Source: Podarcis liolepis (Eukaryota). From it: a DNA stretch of 64,000 nt. The position numbers were made by a program, and so were the translations under genes. The DNA lies in NCBI GenBank assembly GCA_965112155.1, contig OZ218099.1, one strand, 5' to 3'. The notes under the pieces are model-generated. The model was given only the letters and a program-made list of their open reading frames with translations, did not search any database and was not told where the DNA came from. Within the stretch, counting starts at the first letter, position 1. Every line of letters starts with the position of its first letter. Shown one piece after another: positions 1-12,172 of this stretch.

Positions 1-869
1 AATATTTTTAAAAGTATTGTGTCTTCACACAACACCCGATTCATAGGTGCTGGAGTTAATTTATGTGTAGATTTCCAGAAGTTGATGCCAGCCTTTTAAA
101 AATACCTTATTATTGGAGCAAGAAATCACTTGCTGAATGGGAATTAATTTTTCTTTTCTTTTCTTACCTGGTAGTGGCTATTCCTATAAGAGACTGAGAA
201 TGTTAATATTGGTGAACCATTGGTATGATCTAACTGGGTCTTTTCTGTGCTGTACGTTGGATTCTCTTCATTCTTACCATGTTTAAGAACCTATTTGCAT
301 TATGAGAAACAATAAAAGTTTAAATAGGGTACACGTATTTCCAAACACAAAGTTGATACATCCCTTTATGGCCCCTCAGCATGTCCCCCTGCAAGTGTTT
401 TCACGGGCTCATTTGTATTTCACACATTATGCATTTCCTCCAGGTTTAAAGACTCTTTTGAGTTTGTGGCTCTGAAGTATAGACTGACCTTTTGGCAGTA
501 AATAATCTAGTCTGTGCTCCCTTCTGCAGTACATATACTAAAACTGGAAATCTGTGAAGCTCTACATTTTTAAAGAAACAAGCAACTAAATAAATGCTCT
601 AGTCAGCAATGGAATCCTTCAGAAAACCCCTTTCTTTCAATCAATAATTGTCTCTTGCATCTCTGTGCATGTTTACTGTAAATATTTCTGCGAGTCAGAA
701 TACTCTGTCTAACAGTGTTATAACCATAAGATGATTTATAAACATTTATTGGACTGTAAAGGAGATGGTATGTTTCCAAAGAGAAGGAAAGACGTAATAT
801 ATACAAGTATATAAATGCCTATGTTCACTTTGGCTACTGACTTCATGTGCCCATAATTGGCTTAGTTTG

Positions 870-1465
870 TAATGCAGAACTATAGCTTAATGTTATGAGG
901 CTTTCCCTGACCTATAAGACTGGACAGTTTTATATGTCTAAATTTCTGTTTTATCTGGTTTTATATTGCTGTTCTGGTTTTAGGTTGTGTTTTTGTTATG
1001 TTTTAATATATATTTTTAAAAGACTCTGTACTGCTTAGCGATTTTTGAAATATTAAGCAGTATATAAATACATAAACATAACCACAGCAAACCGCAGGCT
1101 CACACACTCTCCCTTCCCTTCTTTGGAGAAACCGCAAGGAGGAGACAGAAAACTTCTTCCATTTTAGATTATCACCATTTAACGCTGTGTCTCAATACAA
1201 AACTATGGTTAATCTTAACTATGGGCAGTGAAAACAAGCCAACTTCATAAAAAATGGTTTGAAGTTTGCTTGTTTCCACTAACCATAATTAAGATTAACC
1301 ACAGTTTATCTGGGTTCAGAAATCATGACAAGCTGTGAAAAAATTTGAAGTGGAAGCAAAGCTTCTGAATGCCACATCAAAGCTGTGCTGGAGGAGGAGG
1401 AGTATTGTAAGTCAAAAGGCTCACTGTGGTTTGTCCTCATAACAATATACTATGGTTTAGCATTA
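870..1465. mobile_element. Degenerate fold-back (palindromic) non-autonomous DNA element, left arm interrupted by a LINE 3' fragment
   Basis: Inner 48-bp inverted arms at 1200-1247 and 1260-1307 (6 mismatches). The outer arm 870-900 plus 1076-1087 is the reverse complement of 1424-1465. Confidence 0.65.
901..1075 (+). mobile_element. L2-like LINE 3' UTR fragment
   Basis: T-rich UTR ending in tgtactgcttagcg...aagcagtatataaatacataaa, typical of an L2 3' stem-loop and tail. It splits the arm of the fold-back element. Confidence 0.5.
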
Positions 1466-3732
1466 TGTGCACATGCAAGCAATGCTAACAGCTGGTGGCG
1501 CTTTTTATCTTGTTGCATGAGGAGTGGAAATTGTAAGATTTGAGTAAACATCACAATTTCCCTCCTTGCCTTAGTTATTGAAATGTTTCATTCAACTATA
1601 GCCTGTGCAGGTTTAATCTCCCTGTCCTTCATATCACACTCATTTAAAAAGGCACCCCCTAAGTTTTTTAATCCATAATCCCCTGAATTATTTTCCAAAG
1701 TCCTATGCTCTTTGAAACACTGATATATCCGACCCCAGATCATAGACTAGTACATATAAAACATTCACAAAATTCAACATTTTTCAAAACTCTTTTTCAT
1801 TTATATTTTGGTCTTGTAGCATCTGTCTGTGCATGGTTATAAATAAACAGTTACCTATATACCAAACTGTATAATAGGAATATTTATTTTAAATCCTGCT
1901 TTTCTGTTTAAAAGCTTCTGGGAAGGGATCTACAATGCAAACAATAATAAAATAATCAGATCACTCCCTGTGTGAGAGAGACACTCTATGTAGAGTACAC
2001 ATGAGCCTTATTAAGACATTCAATTTCATGTAAAAAATAATGCATGAAGAGTTGGAATTGGCATCATGCCCAGTGGTCCTGAATTCCACATATTCAAGTT
2101 CCTGTTGACACAGGGGCCTGCATGCACACACAAACTTGCATAGACACTTTTCATATGATCTGTACTCTCTATTTTTAAAAGTGTAAGGCTCATGCATAGG
2201 AAGCCTATATGTGACCATGAACTGCAGGAAGTCTTCCATGCATTCATATTTCAACACAAGAAATATTTTCATTGGTCTAAACACACACTCTATGTGTGTG
2301 TTTTCTACGTGGTGGTTCACTAATACTTGCTTTACACATCACATTTTTAGCATACCTTACATTCTATAATGTTTAGGATCTAAAAACAAATCATTTAAAC
2401 ATGTTTGCTATTTTGATATGGGTACATGCTGCAGGATTCCCTGATGGATCAAGATTCCTTGCATTTCCAGGTTTGTAATCACAGTCACAAAAGTGGGTTT
2501 CCAAGCAGATGCTAGCTGGGCCTTCTGTTGCTAATTTTGAGATCATTGAGGCTACCTGCAATTTTGTGCGCCAATTTTGTTTGTTGTTTTTGAACAATTT
2601 CTAAAAAACATTTTTTGCATCTCAGCCACTCTGCAATAACTGTAGGTGGGTATCAAGTGAAGTTGTATGAATGGCTAATTGTCATTGATGAAGGTTTAAC
2701 ATCTGCTGGTAAAATCCTTGGTGGGTGGCAAATTTATAAGTAAACTTTAAAAACTTACATTTTTTCACCTTTTACAGCAGTAACAATACACCTCTTCTAT
2801 GAGAGTGACAAATTAAAAACTATTTGTCTATTGATTTTAAAAAAAATGTTATTGGCATCCTTGTGTCAGATTGAAAGAGAACAAAATTACTAGGTTTTTG
2901 ATCACTCCTTGATTTGTTTCTCTTCCCTCCCTATTTACCTTGTACTTGATTAGTTGTCAGCTAAGAAAGTAGCCCAGCCTTCTTCTGTGTAGTCTGATTG
3001 ACAAGCAGAAGTGTTTGCTGAGGTCATCTTTGGTTGCTTATGGAGCATTTCAATACAAACCTAGTGGCTGGAGGTCTGGCAAGACACTTCTGTAAGTTTC
3101 AAGAAAATATGCTTTTAATAAATATCTATAATGGTACTTACTTACGTAAACTGATACCAAAAGTGTGCTTGGTGTTTGGCAACTGTTGAAATACTTGGAA
3201 GATGACTGAAAGAGATGTGTTTCACAGACTGAGATTGCATAGTCACCAGAATTACGAAAAGCATCCCTGGCCACTGCTACCACAAGCATGCCCAGTTGAC
3301 ACCAAGTTCAGGAGCACACATATGACTCTTTATTTCTAACATTTTTAAAAAGTCAGTCCCAAATGATCAAGATTGGATCTCAACACTTTATAATGATACA
3401 AACCCTCTTGAAATTATTGAAGGTTGGTTGTTTTTAGAAAATTACTAAAACACTAAGGTTGTAAAATACCTAAATGTTTTTGTCATTTTGAAAACTGACT
3501 TATTTCACAGTACAGCAGCAATTTGAAATCTGTGCTGAACTGTGGAAGACGAGCACAATCATGATGCTGGATTGTGGCCCATGTAAAATCTGAATGATGT
3601 AATTGCATAATTATGGATACACACACACACACAAAAGTTTTCCGGGAAGCTGCACAGTTTGAATGCATTTTGAAGCCGAGTGACATTTTTCCTCTTATGA
3701 TCCTAACAATAGAGTATGAATTGTTAGCTATA

Positions 3733-3974
3733 CAGTGGTACCTCAGGTTACATACGCTTCAGGTTACATACGCTTCAGGTTACAGACTCTGCTAACCCAG
3801 AAATAGTACCTCGGGTTAAGAACTTTGCTTCAGGATGAGAACAGAAATCGTGCTCCGGCGGCGCGGTGGCAGTGGGAGCCCCCATTAGCTAAAGTGGTGC
3901 TTCAGGTTAAGAACAGTTTCAGGTTAAGAACGGACCTCTGGAACAAATTAAGTACTTAACTCGAGGTACCACTG
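3733..3974 (+). mobile_element. Tc1/mariner (Tigger/pogo-type) MITE, copy 1
   Basis: Terminal inverted repeats (TIRs) CAGTGGTACCTC...GAGGTACCACTG with TA on both sides; repeated internal TCAGGTTA motifs; five more near-identical copies in the window. Confidence 0.9.
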
Positions 3975-4030
3975 TAATTTCTATCTATTCTTCCTTTCTA
4001 GAGCATCTACATCTGCTAGATACTGTAGGT

Positions 4031-4281
4031 CATGGGTAGGCAAACTAAGGCCCAGTGGCCGGATCCAGCCCATTCTCCTTCTAAATCCAGCCTGTGGACG
4101 GTCCAAGAATCAGTGTGTTTTTACATGAATAAAATGTGTGCTTTTATTTAAAATGCATCTCTGGGTTATTTGTGGGGCATAGGAATTCGTTCATATTTTT
4201 CCCAAAAAATATAGTCCGGCCTCCCACAAGGTCTGAGGGACAGTGGACCAGCCCCCTGCTGAAAAGGTTTGCTGATCCCTG
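4031..4281 (-). mobile_element. hAT (Charlie/Buster-type) MITE, copy A
   Basis: Imperfect TIRs CATGGGTAGGCAAAC / GTTTGCTGATCCCTG; perfect 8-bp TSD CTGTAGGT at 4023-4030 and 4282-4289; reverse complement of the copy at 4881-5131. Confidence 0.88.
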
Positions 4282-4497
4282 CTGTAGGTAAATCAAAATA
4301 AAGACCTAAGGCCCTCAGGTTTACAATCTAAAACAAGAGAAAGAGAGTGGAGGAAAAAGGCAAAGAAGGGAGAACAACTGGACAATGCCATCATGAAGAG
4401 ATTAATTTTATCTAATTCTTTGCTCCTGCTCCATTAGCCACATCAGCATCAGGGGTTTATTTCTACCTTCCCTAACTCAGTATAAGGAAGGGCCAAA

Positions 4498-4593
4498 GTA
4501 TCTGAAGAAGTGTGCATGGACATGAAAGCTTATACCCAGAACAGAACAAACTTGGTCTCTAAGGTGCTACTGGACAATTTCTTATTTATTTCG
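4498..4593 (+). mobile_element. Penelope-like retroelement fragment containing a minimal hammerhead-ribozyme motif
   Basis: GTAT-CTGAAGA-A-GTGTGCATGGACAT-GAAAGCTT-ATAC followed by ...aacaaacttggtctctaaggtgctactgga, resembling recalled reptile Penelope pseudo-LTR sequence. Confidence 0.6.
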
Positions 4594-4643
4594 AAGGGTC
4601 AAAGGGTTCTTTTTCAGAAGGAGGCATTCGTTATGTAATTTTT

Positions 4644-5365
4644 TGTAAGGGACTGGCAGGAGCCCAGAGGAGTGGTGGGATGTGCGGGCAGAGGAGAAAG
4701 AGAGAGGAGAATGATCTGGGGGAAGGGGCCAGTGATTTGTGGGGTTCTGTGCCACCCATGAGGCGGTTGCCAGCAGTGGTGGAAAAAGGGGGATGAGAGC
4801 AGGAGACTGGTCATCAGGAGCAAGGGGGAAAGGAGCAGGAGCTGAGGGAGGAGCTGCAAGGGATCCTGGAATCTGTAGATCAGGGGTCAGCAAACTTTTT
4901 CAGCAGGGGGCTGCTCCACTGTCCCTCAGACCTTGTGGGCGGCCAGACTATTTTTTTGGGGGGGGGAATAAACAAATTCCTATGCCCCACAAATAACCCA
5001 GAGATGCATTTTAAATAAAAGGACACATTCTACTCATGTAAAAACACGCTGATTCCTGGACTGTCTGCAGGCTGGATTTAGGAGGCTATTGGGCCGGATC
5101 CTGCCCCTAGGCCTTAGTTTGCCTACCCATGCTGTAGCTCCTTCCGCCAAGGGGTTTTAAGGAGAGATGGGGGGCATGAATACTCCGTTGCTCCAACTTT
5201 CTGGCACAGATCCCCAGTTGTAGTTTGCTTAGACAGCTAATTAGTGAGGAGCTGTATTGTATATCACTTGCATGTTAGGAGCTGATGTAACCAAGTGCCT
5301 TCATCAATAAAGAATTATGAAAGCTAGCCACTTGTCCTCATTGGTCCGGGGTGCAGGTTGGTTCA
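4644..5365 (+). mobile_element. Possible degenerate solo LTR, hosting hAT MITE copy B
   Basis: Begins TGTAAGGGACTGG, has a purine-rich body, AATAAA near 5306 and a possible end at ...TTCA. No TSD found; boundaries uncertain. Confidence 0.3.
4881..5131 (+). mobile_element. hAT (Charlie/Buster-type) MITE, copy B
   Basis: CAGGGGTCAGCAAAC...GTTTGCCTACCCATG; 8-bp TSD CTGTAGAT / CTGTAGCT with one mismatch. Confidence 0.88.
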
Positions 5366-6184
5366 ATTGTGATTAAATAGTGTATACAGCCTGCTTAAAT
5401 AATAAATAGGTTTTGGATGGGGTGGCCAGGAGAGTGTTTGCACTACCTTTAATGCCTTTAATGGGCTTCTATCCTTGGTGTCTAATCATGGTGGCTAAAT
5501 AGGTGTTCTCCTGGACACCTCACACCACACCTTGCTATGAGGAAGGAACCCCTTGCTCAGAGAGGCAGGGGAGAGGGGAAATAACATCACTGGTTGCGTG
5601 TTCAGCTGGTAGCTGGCAAGCAGGCAGGCAATTAGGCAACTGCTGCCCAAGACGGTTATCTGAGCTTGTCTTATTATAGTGGCAGCCCTGAACAGAGATG
5701 GAGCAACCACCCATCAATCTTTCATCCTCTGGCTCATGACAGCATATTGTCTGACTGCACCATTTAATGTCCCTCCATATAAAATAAATATATCCTCACC
5801 TACAGCATGTCAAGAGAAGAGTAAGTTAGTTAGTTTCTTCCTGCCTGGCATCTAGTTTTCTATGAGGATGAAAGAGCATTCCATTGTATGAGCCCTCACA
5901 TGCAATCTGAAGTGATACAGTCCAGGCACGGGGTTTATCACTTCATCTACTCTTTTGTGAGGACTAGTCTTAGATTCTTTAGGAAAAACAGAAACTGATC
6001 TGCAATCAGAAGGTCAAATAGATATAATCTATTGCAGAGGCAAAAGTAACACTAAGAGGCTGTTATAGATACTTTGCAAAACGCACACATATCAGCATTA
6101 CCAACACAACTACCATTCTTCAGCTGATAAACCTCTTGATTTTATAGTCTTGGTACACTTTTGCTCATCAAACTGTGAATTTAT

Positions 6185-6656
6185 TGTTGTTGTTTAGTCA
6201 TTTAGTCATGTCCGACTCTTCGTGACCCCATGGACCAGAGCACGCCAGGCATTCCTGTCTTCCACTGCCTCCCACAGTTTGGTCAGACTCATGTTTGTAG
6301 CTTCGAGAACACTGTCCAACCATTTCGTCCTCTGTCATCCCCTTCTCCTTGTGCCCTCAATCTTTCCCAACATCAGGGTCTTTTCCAGGCAGTCTTCTCT
6401 TCTCATGAGGTGGCCAAAGTATTGGAGCCTCAGCTTCATGATCTGTCTTTCCAGTGACCACTCAGGGCTGATTTCCTTAAGAATGGATGCGTTTGATCTT
6501 CTTGCAGTCCATGGGACTCTCAAGAGTCTCCTCCAGCACCATAATTCAAAAGCATCAATTCTTCGGCGATCAGCCTTCTTTATGGTCCAGCTCTCACTTC
6601 TATACATCACTACTGGGAAAACCATGGCTTTAACTATACGGACCTTTGTTGGCAAG
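6185..6656 (-). mobile_element. BovB (RTE clade) LINE, 5'-truncated 3' end
   Basis: Minus-strand ORF 6335..6655 (VKAMVFPVVMY.SESWTIKKADRRRIDAFELWCWRRLLRVPWTARRSN...LEKTLMLGKIEG) matches the BovB RT C-terminus; (CAA)n tail; 10-bp TSD GTGAATTTAT at 6175-6184 and 6657-6666. Confidence 0.93.
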
Positions 6657-8378
6657 GTGAATTTATACCAGGTTTAAAAGCCAAGAGTCAGCAACTAAAA
6701 CAGCAAATGAGTTTTTGAACCATGGGGGCCTGACCATATTCTCAGAAAAGCTGCCATATCCCAAAGCATCCTCAAAACCAAAGGGCAGAGGTTGACCTCC
6801 TTGCGGAATCGTTGCCAAGGTCTCTGTGGGACAAACTGAGTATCAGTGCTACTCAGTTAAAAACAGACTATTGAAGATCCTTGTGTACTGCTAGACTGAA
6901 ACTTGATAGAAACCTTTGCATTCGTTTTTGCCACTCTAAAAATAATTGCATGCATTTTTGTTTCCTGAGAAAGGAAGTGCACACTGAGGTTCCCCTTAAG
7001 CCCATCATGCCACAAGAGCATTGCACTGCTAGCCTTTACATTGCCATGACAACAGTCGCCATTGGGAAACGCAGACTGGACTGCACATCGGTCAAGACTG
7101 AATGGTACTGCTCCCCCAATCCAAGATTATTACTTTACATACTTGGATTGTGTTGGTCCATTGGTTGGGCTGTTCCTGGCAGTGCCTACTAATTTTGCAC
7201 TATAGACAAGCAGTAAGTGGGCTGGTGTAGCAGTGGAGATTCTACCCCACACAGCACTGATTCTGGACTCTAATTCTTCTGTTTGACTATTATTTTGTGT
7301 AGCCTTGGCTGAGTCATGCTATCTGCCAGAACCTAAATGAAATAGGGCAAAATATGACTGATCCTCCATTTTCTGAGCTAACTCTAGTGTATTGGACATA
7401 GAAATCTTTATGCTACATGGATATGCAAAGCTCTGCAAAGTCCAGCCTTCAGGTAGCCTACAGGCTTGAAGTTGAACTTGTAATGGCTCTGCAAGCTGAG
7501 TCACCTATACATGTGTCCAAAAATACCCATATTGAAACAGTGTCATGAGTAAAGCCGCTTGAGTACAGCACTTTGCAGTTAGCTACAATATCATTATAGA
7601 ATTATGAACTCTTGGCTCTTGTTATATTTAGGAATACCGGAAAGATCAGGTGCACTGTATCCAGAGAAGAGTTAAAATCATCTGCCTTACATTATTGGAT
7701 GAACATGGAGGAAGCATCTTATTGTTCTGTTTGAGTATTATCCACTTTTATTAGTATGCTTCTGAATTTTTAATAGACTGCCCTTAGTGTCTGAACAATT
7801 TGTCTATCGCCCAGGCAAACCACTTCAGCATTATCCAGTAATTTTGAAATGGCAGCCTTTGTTCAGTCTGTAGTAGGGTGCAGCTATTATAGCATGCCAA
7901 TTGTAAAACAAAGCCCCAGTTTTTAGTGTCTGTTACTTTGGCCTGTGACCAGGGATGGATATTGTTATGTCAGTGCCATGATTCCTTTGGTTGCAAGAGA
8001 GATCTTTCCTCCAGTGACAGCCCTCTGGGTAGTGGAGGGAGAGAGAAAAGGGGGTGGGGAAAAGAGGAAAATGATGGTCCCATCTACTTTTGGTTGTGGC
8101 CATGGCCCACGACAGATTACCCCAATGGAATGTGGTCCTCAGCAGAATCTGGTTCTCAATCACTGTAGTAGCCAGAGGCTAACTAGACGTGACACAAAGG
8201 CACATGTAAGTGAGCCCCCAAACACATGGTTTTTAAAAACCACCTCAGGAGAGGGAAATTTGGAGTGAAGGTCTTGAGAGAAGGGCATGTCGCTTAACCA
8301 TTTTCTTGCCCACTGTTGTTGTTGTTTTTTAAATGACCTCCTCTTGAAGCAGCTTTTTATTTTATTTTAAAGGAATTG

Positions 8379-8521
8379 GAAGTTTACGCTCAGCTGATAG
8401 AACTTGAGGCTCTTAATCTCAGGGTCGTGGGTTTGAGCCTCACTTTGGGTGAAAGATTCCTGTGTTGCATGGGGTTGGATAAGACTATCCTTGTGGTCCC
8501 TTCCTATTCCACAATTCTGTG
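8379..8521 (+). mobile_element. tRNA-Lys-derived SINE with a CR1-like 3' end (Squam2-like), degenerate
   Basis: The head gctcagctgatagaacttgaggctcttaatctcagggtcgtgggtttgagcctcactttggg aligns to tRNA-Lys(CTT). The tail gggttggat...gtggtcccttcc...attctgtg is CR1-like. Confidence 0.75.
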
Positions 8522-10532
8522 CAGTTAGCCACTTAGATGTGAAACATTAGCTATACTCTTTCTTCTACACATCTGCCATGGACTGAAAGATCTAGAAAGC
8601 ATGAAGCAAAATTTTAAACATATATTACTAAGCATTAGGAAAAAGATCTTCTCAAGAATCCAAGTGAGCTTCCCACAACAAAGAGTCTTATAGGTATCAC
8701 AGGGATCTTAGTCATTCTTACATCTTTAAAATGTGATGAAATATTCTCAGTTATGCAGCTTTCCTAAGGGAAGTCATAATTCCTTGCCCATTCCATAATT
8801 CTGTGGCTTAGTAGTTGCTTTCTCTTCTTACAGTTGACATATCTTCAGCTTTCTTTCCTGTCCATGTCTTGGCAGGCTTCATTTGTCATGCTCTTCTTAA
8901 TATTTCCCTCCCTGTAAGAATTTCCTTAGCATTTCCCCCTTGTAGGTCTTCCTGTCTTCAGTAGACTCCTAATCAACCTCAGCTGGGGGAGGTGATGGGC
9001 TCTTGATTGCAATAACAGAGTAGCTGCTTCAGTCCATTCATCCCCATTATGTGGCAAACTTGTTATCTCAAAGGAAAGAGACACATTTCCTGTCTGCTGT
9101 ACCCCCCCCCCAACAACTTGGCAGGCCCCAGCCTGGCCTCCCTCACATGATCCCAGCATGCAGCTACTGTGGCTGCAGTTTTTATATGAAAAGGCTCAAC
9201 ACTGAATACACAGAACATTCAAACTAGAGATGCTTAACGCGTGCAGTTTCCTATCCTGTGGCCCTATTCTACTTTGCAATGCTTATCTTGCAAAGTCAAT
9301 GAGAATTGCACTTGTGGGGGGCAGAGTGCGCTCTCTCTCTCGCTCTGTGTGTGTGTTGTTTTTTTCTCTCCTCTCTCCCATTATGATAAGGTGTTCTAAC
9401 ACTGAAGTTGAGGGATAAAAAACATTAGGTAGGTAGGTAGCATGGTTTTTCACTAAGAGCAGGTGTTTCCACTGGACAAAGAGACTCATATTTTCCAATT
9501 ACAAAAACTGCTTTCTTGAAAGCCCAAGAAAGTATAGACTGTTAATCCCTGTGATTAACATTTCCATGTGTACAGCTCTAGCCTCCCAACAAAGAAATAC
9601 ACAGGGACTTGCTATGCCCTGCAAAAAACCTGCTGCCCTGAGGAGCTTTTTCAGGAAACATGCCACATCTGCTGATCTTCAGCATAGAACTCTGAGAGAA
9701 ACATAGTATATGAAGGCCCAGTATCACCATGGTACTTTCTTGGCTTAGAAATTTAAGCACGTTGTTAAATGACTGGCAGTTCCCATACGCCTGGGATTTG
9801 GGGTGAGGGGCGGGAGGAGGAATGTGTTACAGGCAAATTTGAGATACCTTTCATATTGCAAATAAAATACTGGGGCAGATTCATAGAATTGCTATAATCT
9901 CAGTGTTTATTTCTTGACTTCTATCAGCCTCACTCTACCTGACCCTTAGTTCCTTCCTCTGGTTTCTCTCATTCATTCTCAGGCATCTTCTGCCTTTCCT
10001 AATGAAGCTGATTATCTTTTGTCTCTTCTTTAGTTATTCACCTCTGTCTGGCACTTCCCCTTACTTCCCTGCAAGATACTCAAATAGGAACAATAATCTG
10101 AACCAATCCTCAGGAGAAAGCTGCCATTAAGGACGTGTACCTTCCAAGTTGTGAAGTATGGCACTGGTTACTCTGTTGGCATTTCAATTAAATTCAGTCA
10201 CCCAGGTTAGAAAAGAAAAGAAAAGACAAGGAAAGGAAAGCCGACCCCATCCCACACACGCACACAAATCAGCACAGTTCCTGCTGACAGGAACACTGGG
10301 AAGTGGTTATTGAATATAAACACACTGTGTAATTTACATGTTAATTATGTTGAATGTGCTACAAGGCCGTAATTAGAAACTAATTGGGTGAGAGCACATG
10401 TAATTGGTTTTGCTGGCATAGCGGACATTCTCATGATGCACCTGGGAAGTCTTCATAGTCCAAAGGGGGAATTAATTCCTGTTGTCTGCTGTGTCAGTCT
10501 CCAAAAGAGCAGAACTGCCTATATAAGCCGGT

Positions 10533-10585
10533 CTGTCTCTCTGTCTCTCTGTGAGTGTCTCTGTGTCTCTCTGTGAGTGTCTCTG

Positions 10586-10628
<43 letters not shown>

Positions 10629-10640
10629 GTGCATGTGTGT
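10533..10640. repeat. (CT)n microsatellite with a degenerate CT/GT-rich flank
   Basis: Directly visible. Confidence 0.9.
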
Positions 10641-11542
10641 TTTTTAAAAAATCAACATATTTTGTTTATCAATATAAACTGGCTGAATTATTGACAAAAG
10701 TGTCTCCCAGATGTGTCTTGTGGCAGGAATTTAACCATTAATTAAACCATTTTACCTGTGATCTAAATCCAGAACAGTTATTTGTTTTAGCTGAAAGTCA
10801 AGTTTCGTGTCCATATAATGCGGGGACAGGGAACTCCTGTTTCACAGCATGAATTTCAAATAATGACTGGATTCTTAACCTTACCAAAACAAAGAAACAA
10901 AAAACACGGCTGTTAAAAAATGCCTACTACTTATTTGCATATATGAATGTATTCAAAGATATGCAGTTTTTCATTTCTCGGTGTCAAGGCTGTGCTAAAA
11001 GATACATATAGCGCTAGGAACAAGTTTACATTCATTTAATGCCATCAGTATGTGAGGTGTACGGGAGGGCAGAGAAAGCGCATGAACCCCTCCCAAAGCT
11101 TTGCAATCTATTTAAAGTTTGTGAATACCCCAGGAACTGAGGGATTGACAAATTGAAAGCCAAAGTAGCACAGAATAGACTATGCCAACCTGGTTACTTG
11201 GTTGGACACCTCCTTGATGAGCATTGTAGTCCAAACCATTTGGAGGACACTACATTGATGAAGGCTGGTACTGAAGATACTTTGGACCAGCAGAGAACAT
11301 TTAGTCACTCCAAGCCTTAGCACTGCAAGATCCATGAAGACCTCCTCCAAACTTTCTTCTGTACTGAGTTGTGCTTCTTGAATTATATACAGAGGCACTG
11401 ACACTCTTAAAAATACTGTCATCCATATTGACAAAATATTGTCACTGCTTAGGGTTGTTTGTGTAGTCAGACCAGCTCTAATGATATACATGTGACCATA
11501 AGGCTGCAGGCAATATGAAACTAAAAGCTTTGCTAGCAAAAT

Positions 11543-11797
11543 GAAGAAGAAGAAGAAGAGTTTGGATTTGATATCCCGCCTTTCATTCCCTTTAAGGAGT
11601 CTCAAAGCGGCTAACATTCTCCTTTCCCTTCCTCCCGCACAACAAACACTCTGTGAGGTGAGTGGGGCTGAGAGACTTCAAAGAAGTGTGACTAGCCCAA
11701 GGTCACCCAGCAGCTGCATGTGGAGGAGGTGGGACGCGAACCCCGTTCACCAGATTACAAGATTACCGCTCTTAACCACTACACTACACTGGCTCTC
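11543..11797 (-). mobile_element. tRNA-headed MIR/Ther1-derived SINE (Squam3-like) with (CTT)n tail, copy 1
   Basis: Reverse complement is near-identical to 46073-46358; tRNA-type A box (tgtagtggtta) and B-box region; (GAA)n at the left end. Confidence 0.85.
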
Positions 11798-12172
11798 TTC
11801 AAAATAATTTTTGAAGAGGGATTTATAGGAAAGGGGAACAGCTTGATAGTTGTTTTGCACTTTCGGATTGGCTTCTTTAAGGAGATTATATGAACCTGTA
11901 CCTGTATTTCACAGGATCTGGTTGCCCAGATAACTGAATCCATTAGGAGGAACCCAGGCTCATGTCCACAGAGTCATTTGGGGAACGTTACTATTGCTTT
12001 ACAGTACTTCCACATGCAGCAGCTTATAGGATTCCTTCAGGAAACAATGCTGTAAGGGGGGGATATGACTGAATAAAGCTCATGGAGCAGGGAAGTCTGT
12101 TCCAAGCACTGGAAGCAGTCTGAGAGAAGGAAGGGGAGGGAATGAGACAAATGACAAATAAGTCAGAAAATG

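Noticed and set aside
3733-3800. Short direct repeats (CATACGCTTCAGGTTA) as a CRISPR-like array
   Set aside because: Eukaryotic context and no unique spacers; these are subterminal repeats of a MITE.
6222-6677. 151-aa plus-strand ORF
   Set aside because: Antisense reading of the BovB fragment, not a host gene.
8379-8450. tRNA-Lys(CTT) gene
   Set aside because: Many substitutions in the stems and B box, and it is fused to a CR1-like tail; this is a SINE head, not a functional tRNA.
11541-11807. Similar ORFs at 11541..11807 and 45989..46309 suggesting a duplicated small gene
   Set aside because: Both are antisense translations of the same SINE family.
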